A DNA stretch of 64,000 bases from a virus (Duplodnaviria > Caudoviricetes): IMG/VR virus record IMGVR_UViG_3300025647_000027, positions 5,936 through 69,935 of that record. One strand, given 5' to 3'. Both the position numbers and the translations under genes were made by a program. Of this stretch, positions 58,775-64,000 are shown piece by piece. Positions within the stretch are counted from its first letter, which is position 1. The number at the start of each line of letters is the position of its first letter. The notes below the pieces were generated by a model. That model was not told the DNA's origin. It worked only from the letters and a program-made list of their open reading frames with translations, and searched no databases.

Positions 58775-59557
58775 TCATCTTCCTTTTGCTTCTGGATATA
58801 AATCTTTTACAAAGTCTGATTGCCAGTACTCTTTAGTATTTATGTCCATTATTGTTAATTTTCCTCCCCAGCCTCCACCGGTGTCTACGTTCCAAACATT
58901 TTGTCTGTTCATAGGTACGTGAATTCTATCACCAGGCTTAATTACATCTGCTTCTGGATAATGTGCTTTACATATATTAGCCATCGTAGTGGTATGTCCA
59001 ATAAATACCTCTTTATGAGCATTTACTTTAGCACCAGATAAAACTTGCTTCCACATGTTTCTATCCCACACTCGTAAGTATGGTATTGTGCCTGCTACGC
59101 CTTCTTCTCTATTGCATCCTGCATGAACAAATGCTTGGTCTTTGTTGGTTACATAATATGGATGAAGTGCCGTTAGAAACGCTCTATGAGCGTCTAGACT
59201 TCTTGGATCATTATCATTGTCTGCCCAAAAGGCTGTATAAGACTCTAATGTTGTATATCCACCATTTTGTAGCCAATCTGGTTGAGCTACTCCCATGTTT
59301 AAGAATTCTCTTAACCATCCATCGTGGTTTCCCTCAATGCATATGATTGCATCTTCATGTCTTTTAAGATCCTTAATTTGTTCTTTTAATTTAATGATGT
59401 AGTCAACTACACCAGCAGATTCTGGCCATCCGTCAACGTAGTCACCTACGAAGATTAAATTATCTTTCTTTATATTATATGCACAGCGATCAAGCACTTG
59501 TATTAATGCTTTAAGACCGCCATGCACATCTCCAATAACTAATGTTCTAGCTTGCAT
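58775..59557 (-). CDS. Metallophosphoesterase (Ser/Thr phosphatase-like)
   Basis: GDVHG, GDYVDG, GNHD, FVHAG, GHT and DTG motifs. Confidence 0.9.
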   Translation of the reverse strand: MQARTLVIGDVHGGLKALIQVLDRCAYNIKKDNLIFVGDYVDGWPESAGVVDYIIKLKEQIKDLKRHEDAIICIEGNHDGWLREFLNMGVAQPDWLQNGGYTTLESYTAFWADNDNDPRSLDAHRAFLTALHPYYVTNKDQAFVHAGCNREEGVAGTIPYLRVWDRNMWKQVLSGAKVNAHKEVFIGHTTTMANICKAHYPEADVIKPGDRIHVPMNRQNVWNVDTGGGWGGKLTIMDINTKEYWQSDFVKDLYPEAKGR

Positions 59558-59609
59558 GATCTTCGCATATTTCTGTTCCTTCTATATCTATAAATCCTTT
59601 CATTTTTTT

Positions 59610-59912
59610 TTATTTTATTACTCTTAATTTTCTTTGAGAAGTCATTGTTCTGGCATGAGTGCCCTTCATTGATGACGTAACCCACTTGCTTTTTCCATAA
59701 TGGAAGTACATTCTATCAGGACCATCTATAATTTTATAAAATACAGAAGCATAAGAATGCCTTGTAACTATTGCTTCATAAAGATTGCCGTAATAAATTA
59801 CAGAAACCTTATCTCCTGTGTTAATCTTCCTTCCTTTTATGTCTAGGTGGCCTGTTTTTTCTTTCTTGATTATTGACTCTGGAGTCTGTTTCTTTTTTTT
59901 TAATAATAGCAT
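59610..59912 (-). CDS. Hypothetical basic protein
   Basis: 100 aa; DIKGRKINTGDKV. Confidence 0.6.
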   Translation of the reverse strand: MLLLKKKKQTPESIIKKEKTGHLDIKGRKINTGDKVSVIYYGNLYEAIVTRHSYASVFYKIIDGPDRMYFHYGKSKWVTSSMKGTHARTMTSQRKLRVIK

Positions 59913-59945
59913 CTTCTTCGCATATTTTAATCACATCATCTAATG

Positions 59946-60392
59946 TTAATTGCTTTCCCATGTTAGCGGAATGTTTTTTCTGTTTAACTCGTAATTATAA
60001 TTATGATATTCAAGCGCTTGTTTTAGTCTATTGTAATTAATAGCTTTAACACTTTCTCTTTCTTTCCATCCACTGATAAGTAAAACTAATTTACTTTTAT
60101 CAACAGTGAATGATTTCTTCTTTTGGGCACATAGCATTGCTTTTTCTGCCCAATAACCGTCTTCGTCAAATGATATAGGTACTACTCTTAAGAGTCCTTC
60201 TGTATCAAAAACTTTATTATCAACTACATATAGTAAATCAGCGTCAGCAAGATGAATGAATTTTTGATTCCATGTTTGACCGTTGTTTACTGTATAGTTT
60301 TTTTGTTGTTTCATTTCATTTTTAAGATCATTTGGTATCGTACAAAATGACCCTGGACCAACTGGCCTCATTGCTTTTTTACTTAAAAACAT
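59946..60392 (-). CDS. Hypothetical protein
   Basis: 148 aa ORF; 3' end uncertain. Confidence 0.65.
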   Translation of the reverse strand: MFLSKKAMRPVGPGSFCTIPNDLKNEMKQQKNYTVNNGQTWNQKFIHLADADLLYVVDNKVFDTEGLLRVVPISFDEDGYWAEKAMLCAQKKKSFTVDKSKLVLLISGWKERESVKAINYNRLKQALEYHNYNYELNRKNIPLTWESN

Positions 60393-60409
60393 TTTCTTTC
60401 TATCATATT

Positions 60410-60440
60410 AAAAATGAGGTGGCCTATTTGACCACCCCAT
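60410..60440 (-). terminator. Rho-independent terminator after the HNH gene
   Basis: Minus strand reads ATGGGGTGGTC-AAATA-GGCCACCTCAT-TTTT. Confidence 0.7.
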
Positions 60441-60455
60441 AAAATTAAAATTTAC

Positions 60456-61028
60456 TTACTTAAAACTTGCTATTTTTTTACAAGTTTCTACAAAGAAGTT
60501 ATGTGTGAATTTATTTTTCATTAGATTAACATGTTGAGATACAAACTGAACATTTCCAGGGATATACCCTTTAGAAGAATCAATTCTATCTACTGACGCT
60601 GTATAATCTTCATCATTCCACTTTTTAGGAAGAGTTAATTTTTCATTAGTATAAGCACATTTACCTTTCTGTTTATTCCATAAATCATCAAGATATTTTG
60701 CATCAATAGTAACGTCTAATTTTCTTCCATTTTTACTTCTTCTTTTTGCACTTTTTTTAACATGTTTGCCAAAAAAGTTACCACTAATATTACCAGAGCC
60801 TTTCCAGGAGGCGTTACGCTCACCCGTTATGTTGTTATTATTTAAACAACCGCAAGATCTGATATTATTATTTTTCCTATTTAAGTGCCTTGTGGAAACA
60901 AGCTTTTCATTTCCACAATTGCACTTACACTCCCATAGTTTACTGCCTCCACGACTAGATCCAGCCAACTTAACTACTGTTAGTTTGCCGAATGTTTTTC
61001 CTGTCAAATCAACTTTTTTATTTCCCAT
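60456..61028 (-). CDS. Free-standing HNH/His-Me homing endonuclease-like protein
   Basis: DLTGKTFGKLTV, WECKCNCG, SCGC, KQKGKCAYT and SVDRIDSSKGYIPGNVQFV..VNLMK; start is ATG 61028. Confidence 0.8.
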   Translation of the reverse strand: MGNKKVDLTGKTFGKLTVVKLAGSSRGGSKLWECKCNCGNEKLVSTRHLNRKNNNIRSCGCLNNNNITGERNASWKGSGNISGNFFGKHVKKSAKRRSKNGRKLDVTIDAKYLDDLWNKQKGKCAYTNEKLTLPKKWNDEDYTASVDRIDSSKGYIPGNVQFVSQHVNLMKNKFTHNFFVETCKKIASFK

Positions 61029-61032
61029 ATTA

Positions 61033-61064
61033 TAAATATACAAAAAATAATTCAATTGGGCAAA
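61033..61064 (-). promoter_or_regulatory. Bacteroidota-type promoter TTTG-N20-TATATTTA
   Basis: Matches the TTTG(-33)/TAnnTTTG(-7) geometry; ends 4 nt before the HNH ATG. Confidence 0.65.
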
Positions 61065-61069
61065 CAGGC

Positions 61070-62980
61070 CTATTTCACGGGACAGCCACCAATCCCACAA
61101 GCACCTAAATCTTCAAAGTCTTCCTCATTAATCACTACGGATTCAATAGGCTTAACTCTTGCAATTAAGTACTCATACTGTTCTTTACTAATAGGTTCTT
61201 CAGGTAATTGTTTGAAACCTGAAGTGCTTCCTTGAAGTAAGAAACTAAGTGTTTTAAAATTCTCAGCAAAATTCTCTTCAATGTATTCTTTAAGAGCTGG
61301 CAAATCCTCTTTAGTGTAGTATGCTGTTACTGATACAGAGTTATCTGACCAATTTTTCTGCATAAACTTCACTGTTTCGAGTTGCTCAAATACAGTAAGA
61401 TCATCAAATGATGGAACACCATCTGGATATTTACAAGGGAATTCTACAATCATACTAGATCTGTCAAGAGTACCGTCAAAGTTCTCTTTAAATTCTACAT
61501 GAAATCCATGAGTTTTGCAAACCTCTATTAAAGGTGAGCTTGAGCTTATGGTTATTCTTCTTATATAATACTGTCCAGCCACTGATGGATGAACTCCTGG
61601 TGTTACACCTGCCAATAGTGATAATGTGCCACTTGGTTTTACCGTGGTAAGCTTTATACTTACCGGGAATCCCATCGCCTTAGAGTATGTTTTATCATAT
61701 TCTCTTAAGTACGAGTATCCTGGATCTAACCAACTTAATTGCTCATCTGAAGCCATCATCACTCCTGTAATGCCTATACCCATTCTCATGTTATTGTTAA
61801 CAACTTCTTGAGTTTCTGGGTGATGACACTTTAGAGCTAATGAATGCTTATTAACTCTATACAGCATTGTTATTACTTTCTTAAACCTTTCATAACTAGT
61901 TATGTTAGGCAAATAGACTTCTGCTAGGCAGCAAGTTTCTTTGTCTTCTAAAGACTGCTCTGCACAAGGATTAAACCCTTCTACTCTCGGATCAGGATAT
62001 TTATACTCACCAGTTCTACCAACTTTCTTAGATAAAGCTATGTTTATCAATCCGTATGGTTCTCCCTGTTGATAAGTATCCCAAAACTCTTGTGGAAGTA
62101 ACTTTGCGTCATAACAGTCAACAGAGTTATTACTCATTCCTCTCCAGTTTGGAATAGGACCTAAATCCCATCTCTTAGCTTTTAAGAACTCTAAATCATC
62201 ATAGTCTCCTATGGCAATCTGAGCTGAGCGTCTAACATTACCTGCTACTACTATGCTCCCAATGATGTTCATAATATCTAAACAATCAATAGGACGTAAT
62301 TGCTTACCTCTTCTATTTTGAATCACTTCGGTGATTTTATCAAGACCTTCAACAAGGATAGTGGGTCCAGAGGCAACCCCTCCAAACCCTTTTATATCCT
62401 CACCATAACCCCTAATCAATTGGCAACTATATGTGAAACCTTCTCCTGAGTAAAAGTGAGCTTTTAATACTTTTCCAAGTAATTTAACCCACCCCTCCCG
62501 GGTATCTGGCACTATAAAGTCAGCTTGCTTATCATCAAACCTTTCTATTTTTAACTTTTTATTAACCACCTTCGGTAGTTTAAATACGTGTTCGCGTTTA
62601 ATTGAGTATCCTACTCCTGAACCAAGCATCAACATGTCCATTGTCCATGTAAAAGGCCTGATAGGGTGATCTACAACAGTAAATGCACAGTTCTGTAAAC
62701 TAGGTAAACCTAATTGATCAACTGTTTTTGTGCCTAACTGCCACATAAAACGTCCTGCAACAGAACCTTCCATATTGTGTCTCATATCACGATAAAACTC
62801 TTTCTCATCTTCTGTGAGATTAAGTTTCAACTGTTTGGAAATTCCGGACAGTTCACGCTCTACTCCTTCCGTAAATGTTTCTTTTGTTCCATCTTTTTTT
62901 GTTCTAGAATATGTTCTAGCGTGGGTGATGTAGCCTAATGGGCCCCACTTAACTTTCCTTTCCGTCATTTTCACTTTCAT
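61070..62980 (-). CDS. nrdJ: Class II (adenosylcobalamin-dependent) ribonucleotide reductase
   Basis: LQNC, GSGVG, VAGNVRRSA, NPCAEQ.L, TTVKPSGTLS and C-terminal CGIGGCPVK. Confidence 0.92.
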   Translation of the reverse strand: MKVKMTERKVKWGPLGYITHARTYSRTKKDGTKETFTEGVERELSGISKQLKLNLTEDEKEFYRDMRHNMEGSVAGRFMWQLGTKTVDQLGLPSLQNCAFTVVDHPIRPFTWTMDMLMLGSGVGYSIKREHVFKLPKVVNKKLKIERFDDKQADFIVPDTREGWVKLLGKVLKAHFYSGEGFTYSCQLIRGYGEDIKGFGGVASGPTILVEGLDKITEVIQNRRGKQLRPIDCLDIMNIIGSIVVAGNVRRSAQIAIGDYDDLEFLKAKRWDLGPIPNWRGMSNNSVDCYDAKLLPQEFWDTYQQGEPYGLINIALSKKVGRTGEYKYPDPRVEGFNPCAEQSLEDKETCCLAEVYLPNITSYERFKKVITMLYRVNKHSLALKCHHPETQEVVNNNMRMGIGITGVMMASDEQLSWLDPGYSYLREYDKTYSKAMGFPVSIKLTTVKPSGTLSLLAGVTPGVHPSVAGQYYIRRITISSSSPLIEVCKTHGFHVEFKENFDGTLDRSSMIVEFPCKYPDGVPSFDDLTVFEQLETVKFMQKNWSDNSVSVTAYYTKEDLPALKEYIEENFAENFKTLSFLLQGSTSGFKQLPEEPISKEQYEYLIARVKPIESVVINEEDFEDLGACGIGGCPVK

Positions 62981-63536
62981 TTAAAAACTGTTCAATCTTA
63001 AACTTTGTCTCACTGCAAAAGTTTATGAAATTCTCATTATGCATGTCAGGCTTACTCGATAATTCATCATTTGGGTCAATCTTGACACCTAATGCTTCAT
63101 TCATCTTTATTCTTAAACCTTCATCTCTAGCGAGTATTTTCATAATTTTAGAGCCATTACTAGCTCCTTTCCTTTTTAAAAAGTCATCTATTGCAGCCTT
63201 ATGTTCATCACTGAACATACTATATTTTCCATTAACAAACAATGTTCTAGCATCTTTCATATTTTTAGATAATCTGAACTTATAAAGTACCAAACTATCA
63301 TAGTCTTCATGACCAACATAAAGATGATTTTCCATTAACTGTTTCTCCCAAGCTGTGTATTGTGGATTTGCACTCCATTCATACAGCACACAAAATTCAT
63401 CTTCATCACCATTACTTAAATAAGAATTTCTTAATAAGTGAATGTATTTAAAGTGAACTTGTGAGTCAACTAAGGGTAGAAAATATGTAAGACTCTTGTT
63501 AAGAATGATTTCGATTTTGTTCTTTCGTACTTTCAT
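62949..63536 (-). CDS. Conserved phage hypothetical protein
   Basis: 195 aa; F.NGKYS.FS and ELSSKP motifs. Confidence 0.7.
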   Translation of the reverse strand: MKVRKNKIEIILNKSLTYFLPLVDSQVHFKYIHLLRNSYLSNGDEDEFCVLYEWSANPQYTAWEKQLMENHLYVGHEDYDSLVLYKFRLSKNMKDARTLFVNGKYSMFSDEHKAAIDDFLKRKGASNGSKIMKILARDEGLRIKMNEALGVKIDPNDELSSKPDMHNENFINFCSETKFKIEQFLNESENDGKES

Positions 63537-63999
63537 TGTTTACTATTCCGTCTAACATTATTCTTCCTTCATTTTCATAAACCTCTTGCAGGTACTCACA
63601 ATATCTGCCTTCTTTGCAGTTATAGTAATCATCTAACAAGTCTCCAACTCCTCTGTGTACATACCCGAAAACATCTGTAAATCCATTCATTGCATGGAAG
63701 TGTAGTTCCTCAGGCATAACCCAAACGACAGGTTTATATGGATTCATTTTTGAGATATAAAGAAACTCAAAGTCTTCTACTGTATATCCTTTTAAGTCAG
63801 GGTCATTAGCCACAATATTCATTAAGGCCTCTTTGTAGAGCGCTCCTTGAATGTAATATTTATGAATAAGTATAACTTCATTGAATTTTTCAGCAGGAGA
63901 TTCTCCTGTCTTTAAATCTACTGGATAAATTTTCTTTTCATTGTGATCTATCCTAACACAATCTAACATTCCTTTGCACTTCAACCCTCTAACTTCAGC
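63499..63999 (-). CDS. PD-(D/E)XK (RecB/Cas4-like) nuclease, 5'-partial
   Basis: KGMLD...VDLKT...YYIQGALY; the frame stays open to the window edge. Confidence 0.85.
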   Translation of the reverse strand, partial: AEVRGLKCKGMLDCVRIDHNEKKIYPVDLKTGESPAEKFNEVILIHKYYIQGALYKEALMNIVANDPDLKGYTVEDFEFLYISKMNPYKPVVWVMPEELHFHAMNGFTDVFGYVHRGVGDLLDDYYNCKEGRYCEYLQEVYENEGRIMLDGIVNNESTKEQNRNHS

Positions 64000-64000
64000 G

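Noticed and set aside
3140-62980. Introns or inteins in terL, the MCP, the RNAP or nrdJ
   Set aside because: The ORFs are continuous with expected motif spacing, and no intein-like C...HN or LAGLIDADG signature was seen
56584-63285. Plus-strand ORFs in the right arm (56584, 57424, 59080, 60766, 61626, 63025)
   Set aside because: Antisense shadows of minus-strand genes; the 56584 ORF starts inside a terminator
63499-63999. Cas4 as part of a CRISPR system
   Set aside because: Solo PD-(D/E)XK nuclease typical of crAss-like replication modules; no array or other cas genes are present
1-64000. Stop-codon reassignment (TAG or TGA), as in some Crassvirales
   Set aside because: Genes up to 10.5 kb are intact in code 11, TAG and TGA end genes at plausible positions (5479, 18180, 58775), and no suppressor tRNA is seen

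Overview
The whole window is a 64 kb segment of a crAss-like (Crassvirales-type) podophage genome, probably infecting a Bacteroidota/Flavobacteriia host (AT-rich, no Shine-Dalgarno motifs, TAnnTTT-type promoters). It uses the standard genetic code. The + strand (1-56.5 kb) is the virion arm. In order it carries the 3' end of a phage GroEL-like gene missed by the ORF track, a GroES-like gene, two tRNAs flanking a tandem-hairpin candidate ncRNA, terminase, portal, a tail-fibre cluster, a lysis cassette, scaffold and major capsid genes, tail ring/tube/muzzle genes, ejected cargo proteins and a 3516 aa virion RNA polymerase (DFDIDK). The - strand (56.6-64 kb) is the end of the replication/metabolism arm: small ORFs (two frameshifted), a phosphoesterase, an HNH endonuclease, a class II RNR and a PD-(D/E)XK nuclease. 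The most striking unexplained structure is an in-frame cassette array in the 1897 aa cargo protein. There, unrelated payload domains (one GNAT-like) sit between conserved KAxIExRRQEE and INAxYDAExAAL brackets. A similar modular pattern with xxxGG motifs appears to have split cargo protein 1. All family calls come from motif recognition and synteny; no database searches were run.
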